This document shows positions 33,717 to 42,236 of a stretch of DNA of 53,136 bases, one piece after another (positions within the stretch are counted from its first letter, which is position 1; every line of letters begins with the position of its first letter). The notes below the pieces were generated by a model that saw only the letters and a program-made list of their open reading frames with translations, searched no databases and was not told the DNA's origin. Source of the stretch: Euryarchaeota archaeon UBA250 (GTDB taxonomy: Archaea > Thermoplasmatota > Poseidoniia > Poseidoniales > Thalassarchaeaceae); the NCBI GenBank assembly GCA_002504845.1, contig DATW01000049.1, forward strand, positions 1 to 53,136, written 5' to 3'. The translations under genes and the position numbers were made by a program.

Positions 33717-34473
33717 CCTCTTCAATGGAATTGGCAGGGGTTGTCATCCACAATAACATCGAAAGTGCAAGTGCGATTACTGCACTAACAGAATCAATAT
33801 ACGGCGGGGCATGGCTTTGTACTGGATTCCCGATAATTATGTCATTTAAGGAACGAGAGGCGCCGTCAAAGCCGCCAAATATCGATTCGAACACTATGAT
33901 CGCAAGGAAAAGAGATGTGAGAGAGATTAGTGCTCTATGTATTTCCACTTTCCTCAGAGCGTTGAGTCGGGGGAGGATAACTGAAATCTTGGATCGCGGG
34001 TTGGACCACCAAGAAATTGATTGTGCACTATTTTTTGGTGGGCGTTCGCTCCATCTACGATTCGGTTTAATCTCAAGATTGAGGTATACACCTAGTAATC
34101 TAGATCTGTACCCGGGTCCAAGCGCCTCTGCCGCATCCTCAGCCTCTTTCCTGCGCCTGATTACTTCGGTCCTAGAATCCAATGCACAGATCTCTTCGAA
34201 AGTATCTCTGAGTGACAGGTAGGCGAAAAACTCGGGGAGCAGGAAGAAGCACCCTACGCCCCCAACGATGAGACAGGCCCAACTGAACGGGACCAACGAC
34301 GAGGTCGCTGGGTCGGTTGCCCCTCCGAGCATCAAGAATAGGAGCCCCCATCCCATAGCGCCTACAAATAGGATCGATGTATAGGCCGTGACGGAGTAGT
34401 GTATGTCGGGATTAGCCCTCCACCATTTTCGAATCCTCTGTATCAGGGACAGACGGGCCACATCACTGGGCAA
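33706..34473 (-). CDS. Hypothetical 4-TM membrane protein (2 TM, cytosolic helical region, 2 TM)
   Basis: An ORF with clear hydrophobic helices. Its 3' end abuts or overlaps the signal peptidase start. No motif was recognised. Confidence 0.5.
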   Translation of the reverse strand: MPSDVARLSLIQRIRKWWRANPDIHYSVTAYTSILFVGAMGWGLLFLMLGGATDPATSSLVPFSWACLIVGGVGCFFLLPEFFAYLSLRDTFEEICALDSRTEVIRRRKEAEDAAEALGPGYRSRLLGVYLNLEIKPNRRWSERPPKNSAQSISWWSNPRSKISVILPRLNALRKVEIHRALISLTSLFLAIIVFESIFGGFDGASRSLNDIIIGNPVQSHAPPYIDSVSAVIALALSMLLWMTTPANSIEEDVD

Positions 34474-34528
34474 GGCAGTTGGGATTAGGGCCTTCCGGGT
34501 TCTGGAGTCTGACGAAGAGGGCTTTTCT

Positions 34529-34550
34529 GCCTAGTCTCTAGCGACTAGGC
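34529..34550. promoter_or_regulatory. Perfect 8-bp inverted repeat GCCTAGTC-N6-GACTAGGC abutting the lhr ATG
   Basis: Read directly: arms at 34529-34536 and 34543-34550. The stem extends to 9 bp with T34528 pairing with A34551, the A of the start codon. Confidence 0.35.
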
Positions 34551-37535
34551 ATGGCAGGCAAGGCGATCGGTCTTGAATCCCGGGTATCTGCCCTGCTTCA
34601 AGGACTTGAATGGGATCCGACGCCGATTCAAAGAGAGTGTGAGGGAGTCCTCCTATCTGGCAAAGATGCTCTGCTAGTGGCCCCCACCGGCAGCGGGAAA
34701 ACAGAGGCTGCAGTGATACCCCTCGTTTCCAGGGCACTAGACCAGGAATGGGAGCCTCTATCCATCCTATACATAACGCCTCTAAGGGCACTAAACAGAG
34801 ACATGGATCAGCGACTTGGGCCGTTCCTTGAACCTCTGGGGCTCGATGTTTCATTGAGGCACGGCGATACGAGTAAATCAGAACGTGCAAGGCAATCGAA
34901 GAATCCGCCGCATATGCTGATCACGACTCCTGAAACTGCTCAAATTATGCTACTTGGCTCAAGATTACGTAAGCATCTTTCGAAGGTTCGTGCGATAGTT
35001 ATCGACGAGGTTCACGATTTGGCGGGATCCGAACGCGGTTCCCAACTTCTTGTGGGGATAGAAAGAATCCGTGCATTGGCGAAGAGGGACGTCCAGATTG
35101 TAGGATTGTCAGCGACAATAGGAAATCCAGAAGAAGTGGCAAGGTGGTTTTCAAAAGATGCTGTTGTTGTCAAAGGACCATCCCCCAGAGCAACCGAAGT
35201 ACGGGTACATGTTGAGCAATCAACGCCTGAGGATGAAGCACTGGCCGTTACTTGGAACGTATCTCCGAGGGCGATATCTTCCCTTAGAAGACTGTCTCAT
35301 CTTATCGGAAAATCATCACCGGCCCTTGTCTTCGTAAATTCGAGATCTAATTCAGAGACAGTTGCGCAGAGAATGCTCAAGATAGCTCCCGAAATTGAAA
35401 TCGGGGTCCATCATGGAAGTCTTGCTGCAGATTCTAGAAAAGAAGTTGAGGACGCACTGAAAGAAGGACTGATCGATGCTATGATCTGTACTTCAAGCCT
35501 CGAACTCGGAATAGATGTTGGTTCGATACGTGCTGTGCATCAGCTACAATCTCCGAGAAGTGTAGACAGTTTACTACAACGAATTGGAAGGTCTGACCAC
35601 AGGATTGGAGGCACAGGTAGAGGTGAAATTCTCGTATGGGAAGATGATGACGTTGCAGAATCTTCAGTAATAGCCAGAAGAGCCTTGGAAGGAGATATTC
35701 CAGACGTGGAATGGCGTACTGACCCGGCGATAGTTGCTGCTAACCAGCTTATGCAGATGGCGATGCAGGAAAGTGTCGTCTCAATCGAAGAAGCGCATGC
35801 AGTGCTGACTTCTGCCTCGATATTCCAGAAATGGGACATTGAAGACACTCTTGCTACTCTGAAAGTATTGGATGATCGATGGCTTCTGAGATTGTTCGAA
35901 GATCCTAAAGAATCAGATATTCTTTCATGGAGTCCAAAGATATGGGAAGCGATTTATTCGGATCTTGGAGATGAGTCGATTCCGAGTATTAGGCCCTCTT
36001 CATCTGATGATACGGAGCCCGTACAGATTGAGAAATGGAAGAAAATCATGGTTCCAAGACTCCCGAAAAAGATTTCCAGAGGTTGGTTTCAACCGGCTGG
36101 GAAGTTGATGTCAACAAGGACTCAACATTACTCGATGATTCCTGATGAGTCGTTATACCGAATCCGTGATGTTGTAAGCAGGCGGGTATTGGGGACCGTG
36201 GATGAGGCATTCGTTCTATCTCTTGGCTCTGATGGAAGCGAAGAAGGAGCAGGGAGGCCCAGAACATTTGTCATGGCAGGTCGAACTTGGCAGATTATCG
36301 ATGCCGACCCTGAGCAAAATGAGCTCACTGTAGCCCCCATCTCAGAAATTGGAAATGCACCAGTGTGGTCCGGAGAATTGCCGCCCGTGCCGAAAGAAGT
36401 CGCCCAGGAAGTGGGCCAACTCAGGAGGAGTATCGCTGAAATGACCGGTTCTTTAGAAGAGCGGGGGGGAATCATCCCCTTCGATAGATACCCCCTCTCA
36501 GATGAGGCTGCATCGGGCTACATACAATCTGTCATGGATCATCTTGATTCTACAGGCCACATACCAGATGATCTCAAGCTAACTCTTGAGGTAAGAGAGC
36601 ATGCTATCGTATTGAATTGCTGTCGTGGTTCCAAGATCAACGAGACTCTGGCGCATTTCATCCAAGCAATGGGGTCGGCACTCGGGGGATCTACAGGGAT
36701 GGCTGTGATTGACCCCTACAGAATATCATTCAAGATACCAAGAGTGGATGCAGGGCATATCGAAGAATGGTTGAGAGGGACCTCTCCGTCTGCTCTTGAA
36801 GCAATTCTGAGAATGACTATCCCGAATGGTAGAGCGATTAGGGCCAGATTTGTACAAGTTGCTCGAAGATTCGGGGTACTGAGAAAGGATGTAGACCCTA
36901 GAAGGGTGAATATCGAAGGCATGATGAAACGATATTCAGGTACACCAGTGGTCGAAGAAACTCTATCCAAATTATTCCATGAAAGAATGGACATAGAAGG
37001 AACGATGGATCTAATGTCAGACATACAGAACGGTCGTGTGTCTGTTGTGGTTACGGGGCCCGGTCCCCTTGGCCAGTCTCCCCGTTCTGAGCGAGATATG
37101 TTACTTCCCGCCTGGAGCGATAAAGATCTGCGCGAACGTCTCGAGACAAGGCTCCTTTCAGAACGATGCGTCCTGATATGTATCAACTGCTTATCCACCG
37201 ATAGGAAACGTGTCGGACGTCTTGAAAACGGGATAGATGATTGTTCGGTGTGTGGTGGCGGGATGAGGTGCTGTGCTCCAGAAAGATTGGAGAGTATGCT
37301 ATCTGGCTGGGTCTCAAGCCGTGATCCCAAGGATCGCGGTCGGGTTCAGAAAAATGCCGAATTAATACGGAATCATGGATTTGAGGCGATCATGTGCCTC
37401 ATGGCTAGGGGGGTGGGCGAGGAAACTGCCACACGTATCCTAAGATCGCATGCTGGGAAAACACGAACTGCGCTTTTGAGATCGATACACAACGCTGAGA
37501 TCGAATATGCCCGCACTAGACGATACTGGTCTTGA
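34551..37535 (+). CDS. lhr: Lhr-family (COG1201) large superfamily-2 DNA helicase
   Basis: Walker A VAPTGSGKTEAA, YITPLRALNRD, the DEVH box VIDEVHDL, SATIGN, VHHGSLA, TSSLELGIDVG, QRIGRSDH, and a C-terminal Zn ribbon CINC...CSVCGG. Confidence 0.9.
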   Translation: MAGKAIGLESRVSALLQGLEWDPTPIQRECEGVLLSGKDALLVAPTGSGKTEAAVIPLVSRALDQEWEPLSILYITPLRALNRDMDQRLGPFLEPLGLDVSLRHGDTSKSERARQSKNPPHMLITTPETAQIMLLGSRLRKHLSKVRAIVIDEVHDLAGSERGSQLLVGIERIRALAKRDVQIVGLSATIGNPEEVARWFSKDAVVVKGPSPRATEVRVHVEQSTPEDEALAVTWNVSPRAISSLRRLSHLIGKSSPALVFVNSRSNSETVAQRMLKIAPEIEIGVHHGSLAADSRKEVEDALKEGLIDAMICTSSLELGIDVGSIRAVHQLQSPRSVDSLLQRIGRSDHRIGGTGRGEILVWEDDDVAESSVIARRALEGDIPDVEWRTDPAIVAANQLMQMAMQESVVSIEEAHAVLTSASIFQKWDIEDTLATLKVLDDRWLLRLFEDPKESDILSWSPKIWEAIYSDLGDESIPSIRPSSSDDTEPVQIEKWKKIMVPRLPKKISRGWFQPAGKLMSTRTQHYSMIPDESLYRIRDVVSRRVLGTVDEAFVLSLGSDGSEEGAGRPRTFVMAGRTWQIIDADPEQNELTVAPISEIGNAPVWSGELPPVPKEVAQEVGQLRRSIAEMTGSLEERGGIIPFDRYPLSDEAASGYIQSVMDHLDSTGHIPDDLKLTLEVREHAIVLNCCRGSKINETLAHFIQAMGSALGGSTGMAVIDPYRISFKIPRVDAGHIEEWLRGTSPSALEAILRMTIPNGRAIRARFVQVARRFGVLRKDVDPRRVNIEGMMKRYSGTPVVEETLSKLFHERMDIEGTMDLMSDIQNGRVSVVVTGPGPLGQSPRSERDMLLPAWSDKDLRERLETRLLSERCVLICINCLSTDRKRVGRLENGIDDCSVCGGGMRCCAPERLESMLSGWVSSRDPKDRGRVQKNAELIRNHGFEAIMCLMARGVGEETATRILRSHAGKTRTALLRSIHNAEIEYARTRRYWS

Positions 37536-37571
37536 CGCAATCGCTATTCAGGTGATGTGGGTCCGAAGGGC

Positions 37572-38114
37572 ATGCTGATTGGCCTCACAGGAAGGAACGC
37601 CTCTGGCAAGACCACTGTGGTTGAATGGTTCTCCGAACGTGGATTTGTTGCTGAATCATGCTCTGATTCGATTAGAACGTGGTTGGCAGGAAAAGGAGTG
37701 AAGGCAACCAGGGAGAATCTCATCGAGGGCGGAAGAGAATTGCGCAGGCAGGGCGGCGGCGGCATTCTGGCTGAGATGCTTCTTGAGCGTCTTAATGGGA
37801 GGGATGCCGTTATCGATTCGATACGCACTCCGGCGGAGGTGGATGCTCTTCGTCAGAGAGAAGACTTCATCCTAATCGAGGTTGTTGCTGATCCGAGAAT
37901 ACGATGGTCCAGAGCGAAGCTCAGATCAAGACCGGGTGATCCATCCAGCGAAGCGGAGTTCATAGAATCAGAAAAAAAGGAATTGGAAGCTACTGATCAA
38001 GCCGGTCAGGCACTTATCGCAACTGCAGCTATGGCTGATTTCAAAATCGAGAATGATGGCAATCTGGACACTCTGGGAAGTAAATTGAATCAAATCATAT
38101 CGGATATTTCATGA
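37572..38114 (+). CDS. P-loop nucleotide kinase, archaeal UPF0200 / dephospho-CoA-kinase-like
   Basis: LIGLTGRNASGKTTV (Walker A), VIDSIRTPAEVDALR, and RWSRAKLRSRPGDP. The track start is GTG at 37557. Confidence 0.6.
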   Translation: MLIGLTGRNASGKTTVVEWFSERGFVAESCSDSIRTWLAGKGVKATRENLIEGGRELRRQGGGGILAEMLLERLNGRDAVIDSIRTPAEVDALRQREDFILIEVVADPRIRWSRAKLRSRPGDPSSEAEFIESEKKELEATDQAGQALIATAAMADFKIENDGNLDTLGSKLNQIISDIS

Positions 38115-38552
38115 TTGGACTGTTCTGATAACCACACCAGACTCTCGGAATAGAGCCATAGAACGCTCGAAATCTTCCTTCCATCGGCCTGGAATTTCAA
38201 GGCCGGATGGGATGACCACTTCAGATATGCCAGCTTGAATTAGGCTTCTTGCACATCGGGTGCATGGGGGCCAAGTCACATAGGCTGTACAATCTTTGAG
38301 AGCGAGGCCGATCCTCGCTGCGTGCATAATCGCGTTCTCTTCAGCATGACATATGAGCGGATACTTGAGATCCCTGTCGGATAGTCTCTCATCTGTATCG
38401 GCGATGCCTCGTGGAAAGCCATTGAAGCCTGTCGATCTGATCTCCCTGTCTGGGCCGACAACGACGCAGCCGACCTTTGTTGAAGGGTCCTTGCTCCAGC
38501 CCGATATATGGGTTGCAAGACTTAGGAAACGTCCGTCCCACTTCTCACTCAT
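38109..38552 (-). CDS. dCMP (deoxycytidylate) deaminase
   Basis: VGCVVVG, the Zn motifs HAEENAI and PCTRCARSL. Confidence 0.9.
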   Translation of the reverse strand: MSEKWDGRFLSLATHISGWSKDPSTKVGCVVVGPDREIRSTGFNGFPRGIADTDERLSDRDLKYPLICHAEENAIMHAARIGLALKDCTAYVTWPPCTRCARSLIQAGISEVVIPSGLEIPGRWKEDFERSMALFRESGVVIRTVQS

Positions 38553-38575
38553 ACCCCTATCTCATGCACTCCTAG

Positions 38576-39826
38576 TCAAGAGTGTTGCCGAGGGGGATGT
38601 ACCAACAAGACATTGGAGAGATCGTGTTTCAGAGGATTTAGCACAGACAGCACATCGCCGATCAAATGTATGCTGCCCATGATGAGAAGTTCCACTTTTT
38701 TGTCAGATGCACGTTGAAACGCCTCTTCGAACGCTGACAGGACGCTCTCTGCGATTGAGTGGCTTATCGTCGTCCCGAAGGAGTCGGCAATCTCTCTTGC
38801 AGGATGTGGGGGGAGCCTGCCGTGTTCGGGTTCTGTGATGACTGCATGGATGATTTTCCTTGACGTCTCTTCACTCATCAAAGGTGCTAAGATCCCCTCT
38901 AAATCGTCTTTTTGTGTAAATCCGATCATTATCACAGCATCCCTATCTAGGCGGGAGGCCTCATCACTGAACCCTTCCAAGTTATGCGCTGCACTCAGTC
39001 TCACAGCGACATTCCCGGATGTATACACAGTTCCATCTCGTCCGGGCCACCTGATATTCATTGGATCCTTTTCCCACTCCATGTGATGTCCGATCTTGGA
39101 AGCCATATTGTACCATTTTTTCCAGGGTTTGTCAGTTGAATTGTCCGTATGCAAGAGAAAATCCTGACCGGTCAATCGACGCACTTGTGATTCAATCTCC
39201 TCATTGTCTGGATCAAACATCATGATTGGGACGCCCGATCGATGGATTCCCGCTTTCTCTCTTGCAACATCAACAAGTTCCGGGCCAAGAATCTCAAGAT
39301 GGTCTTCGGAGATGGTCGTGATGGCGCAAAAATCGGCTTTAACACATCTAGTGGCATCGAGTCTGCCTCCCAAACCAGTCTCAATTATAGCTCTAGTAAC
39401 TCCTGCTCTTTTGAAAGAAATGAGGGCGACAAGGAATGTCTTCTCATAGTATGTTATCTCGATGGAAGGCGACTCCTCGCTTGCCTTCCTAACAAGAGCG
39501 AGGCATTCATCGAACTCTTTCTCGTCAATCGGCCTTCCATCGACCCTGGCGCGCTCTTCGACATTCACCAAATGGGGCGAGGTGAATAGTCCGACCAAAT
39601 TACCGGATGCAGCGGCTCTGGCTGCGAGATGTGCGCAAAGAGAGCCCTTGCCATTGGTTCCGGCTACGTGGACCGATGGAAACGCGTCTTGGGGATTCGA
39701 CAAACGTGCGAGCATCTGCCTGACGTGGGTTAGTCCGAGCCTCATTCGACGGCGTCCGGGGACTGGAGCGAGCCATGCTCGAAGTTCCTCATGGGTCCAG
39801 TGCGCCATGCATCGGGGACGAGCCAT
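38576..39826 (-). CDS. folC: Folylpolyglutamate synthase / dihydrofolate synthase (Mur ligase family)
   Basis: VHVAGTNGKGS, TSPHLVNVEER, and ETGLGGRLDATR. Confidence 0.85.
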   Translation of the reverse strand: MARPRCMAHWTHEELRAWLAPVPGRRRMRLGLTHVRQMLARLSNPQDAFPSVHVAGTNGKGSLCAHLAARAAASGNLVGLFTSPHLVNVEERARVDGRPIDEKEFDECLALVRKASEESPSIEITYYEKTFLVALISFKRAGVTRAIIETGLGGRLDATRCVKADFCAITTISEDHLEILGPELVDVAREKAGIHRSGVPIMMFDPDNEEIESQVRRLTGQDFLLHTDNSTDKPWKKWYNMASKIGHHMEWEKDPMNIRWPGRDGTVYTSGNVAVRLSAAHNLEGFSDEASRLDRDAVIMIGFTQKDDLEGILAPLMSEETSRKIIHAVITEPEHGRLPPHPAREIADSFGTTISHSIAESVLSAFEEAFQRASDKKVELLIMGSIHLIGDVLSVLNPLKHDLSNVLLVHPPRQHS

Positions 39827-39857
39827 CTTGATATGAGCCTAGGCGGTGAGATAGGGT

Positions 39858-40904
39858 ATGTCAGACGTCAAGCACAGGCCTATGGCATGGTCATCGATGC
39901 TTGGAATGGCTGGAATGTTCATCTTCACAATATGTACGGGGATTTTCATCCAACCTGCATGGAATTTCGAAGAGGCCAAGGCTTTCGGTGAAGAGGGCTC
40001 CACAGAAGCGGCGAACATATTCTTCGAACTGATCATGATTTTCATATTCACTGCTGGAGTGATATGGCTTGCTAGAAAGGGATTGCAGGTCTTGATCAAA
40101 GCATTCGTTCTTCTTGCGCTCTGGATCTCGATGCTCTATGCCACTCTCCCCCTAATTGCGCTGATTGGTTCAATTGTCGGAATGGGGGGGCAGGATCCCT
40201 GGAACATGGCGTTAATCGCGTCTCCCATTCTTTCCCTGGGTGCGATAATCGGGCTCTACAAATATCCTGAATGGTGGGTGGTGAATGGCGTGGGCATGAT
40301 TGTCGGTTCGGGGGTGATTGTCATGATTGGCATCAGCTTCGTCCCGGTGCTGATATGCATATTCATGATCGCGGCGGCCATCTATGACTACTGGGCAGTG
40401 CACCGCTCCAAGCACATGCTTGAACTGGCTGATACGATGATCGACCTCAAACTCCCAGTCGTTCTCGTTGCTCCCAAGGACGCCAATTACAGCTTCAGAA
40501 GTGAGCAGGGGAGCATGCGTGACTCAGGATCAACTGCTGAGAGTTCTGCAGTTCAACAGGTTGATGGAGGAGCATCGAAGAAGGGGAGGGATGCGCTTTT
40601 CATGGGCCTGGGTGACGTGATCTTCCCAGGCATGCTTGTCATCTCAAGCCTGACTTACATGCCTGAACTTGGAGGCGAAGTATACAACCCGTATGGCTCG
40701 ATGTATCTCAGCCAGATACTGGTAGCATTGGGCACTCTCGTAGGAGGGCTGTTCGGATATGCGGCTCTGATGAGGTTCGTTGCAAAGGGGAATGCTCAGC
40801 CGGGCTTGCCTCTCCTCAATGGAGGGGCGATTCTGGGGTACATCATCACCGGAATTATCGTTGTCGGCCCTGCTGCTCTTTGGCAGGACATAACGTTCCT
40901 GTGA
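39858..40904 (+). CDS. Presenilin / signal-peptide-peptidase homologue (A22 intramembrane aspartyl protease)
   Basis: Polytopic. The first catalytic motif is AAAIYDYWAVH, the second is FMGLGDVIFPGML, and a PAL-like QPGLPLL lies near the C-terminus. Confidence 0.75.
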   Translation: MSDVKHRPMAWSSMLGMAGMFIFTICTGIFIQPAWNFEEAKAFGEEGSTEAANIFFELIMIFIFTAGVIWLARKGLQVLIKAFVLLALWISMLYATLPLIALIGSIVGMGGQDPWNMALIASPILSLGAIIGLYKYPEWWVVNGVGMIVGSGVIVMIGISFVPVLICIFMIAAAIYDYWAVHRSKHMLELADTMIDLKLPVVLVAPKDANYSFRSEQGSMRDSGSTAESSAVQQVDGGASKKGRDALFMGLGDVIFPGMLVISSLTYMPELGGEVYNPYGSMYLSQILVALGTLVGGLFGYAALMRFVAKGNAQPGLPLLNGGAILGYIITGIIVVGPAALWQDITFL

Positions 40905-40958
40905 GTGCTGGAAGCCGAATCCCTCAAGTGGCCCATGGATGACCATGGATTGAGACTG

Positions 40959-42236
40959 ATGCTAGATATCCAGATCTTCCGCGACAATCCGGCCAGCATC
41001 CGTGCTGACTTTTCGAAGAGGGGGATCGATGACGATCCCATCGACGAGGTGATACGTCTAGACGAGTCATGGAGGCAGATTCGATACGAAGTCGACCAAC
41101 TTCGGAAGGAGAAGAATTCGGCAGCCAGAGGGATTGCTTCAGCGAAGAAATCCGGCGACGAAGACGAGTTCAAGCGCATCATGGACGAGGTATCCAATCT
41201 CGGGGATATGATCGAGAATTTGGAGTCGGACGCCAGGAAGATGATCGAGGAACGCGATGGTATCAGGATGCGGATTCCCAATATCCTGCATCCTGATGTT
41301 CCAGTCGGCGAGGATGATCAGAAGAACGTGGAGATTAGCCGGCACGGTCCGGAGAGAGTTTTCAGTTTCAAGCCCAAGACCCACAATGAAATCATCGAGG
41401 AAAATGGATGGGTCGATCTCGCTCGTGGGGCCAAGGTTGCAGGATCGCGCCAGTACTTCCTGATTGGCGACCTAGCCAGGCTCGAAATGGCGCTCCAGCA
41501 CTATGCGTCCGACTTCCTCATAGACAGGGCATACACGCTCGTGCAACCGCCACTCATGATGAATAGGACTGCATACGAGGGAGTGACTGATCTCTCGGAC
41601 TTCGAGACGGTCATGTATGGGATAGAACCCGATGGGTACCACCTCATAGCCACGAGCGAGCATCCCCTCACCGCGATGAGGATGGATGAGATAATCGAGC
41701 CCTCTGAGCTTCCCATCCGGATGGTTGGTACCAGCCCCTGTTTCCGGAGAGAGGTCGGGGCGCATGGGCTTTCAGACAGGGGGATATGGCGAGTTCATCA
41801 ATTCACCAAAGTCGAACAGATTGTGATATGCAGGCCCGAGGATTCCTGGGCCATGCATGAGGAGTTGCTTTCCAACGCAAAGGATCTCTGGGATAGCCTG
41901 GGACTCCACTACAGAGTTGTTGACATCTGCACGGGGGACATGGGGACCGTTGCCTCAAGGAAGTATGATCTGGAGGCATGGCTGCCCGGGGCAGGTGCTT
42001 TCAAGGAGGTTGTCTCATGCTCTAACTGCACGGACTACCAGGCGAATCGGCTTAGGATGCGCTACCGTACGAGCAAGGGGAATGAGGCGGTGCATACGCT
42101 CAACTCCACCGCTGTTGCGACAAGCAGGGCCCTGGTGGCGATAATGGAGCAATATCAGACAGAGGATGGGGGGGTTTCGATTCCGGAGGCCCTCCAACCG
42201 CTCATGGGTAGTCGAACTCACCTCGAACGAATTTGA
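40959..42236 (+). CDS. serS: Seryl-tRNA synthetase
   Basis: MLDIQIFRDNPASIRADF, a coiled-coil arm, TSEHPL, CFRREVGAHG, GDMGTVASRKYDLEAWLP, and SCSNCTDYQARRL-like. The track start at 40905 is GTG. Confidence 0.93.
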   Translation: MLDIQIFRDNPASIRADFSKRGIDDDPIDEVIRLDESWRQIRYEVDQLRKEKNSAARGIASAKKSGDEDEFKRIMDEVSNLGDMIENLESDARKMIEERDGIRMRIPNILHPDVPVGEDDQKNVEISRHGPERVFSFKPKTHNEIIEENGWVDLARGAKVAGSRQYFLIGDLARLEMALQHYASDFLIDRAYTLVQPPLMMNRTAYEGVTDLSDFETVMYGIEPDGYHLIATSEHPLTAMRMDEIIEPSELPIRMVGTSPCFRREVGAHGLSDRGIWRVHQFTKVEQIVICRPEDSWAMHEELLSNAKDLWDSLGLHYRVVDICTGDMGTVASRKYDLEAWLPGAGAFKEVVSCSNCTDYQANRLRMRYRTSKGNEAVHTLNSTAVATSRALVAIMEQYQTEDGGVSIPEALQPLMGSRTHLERI

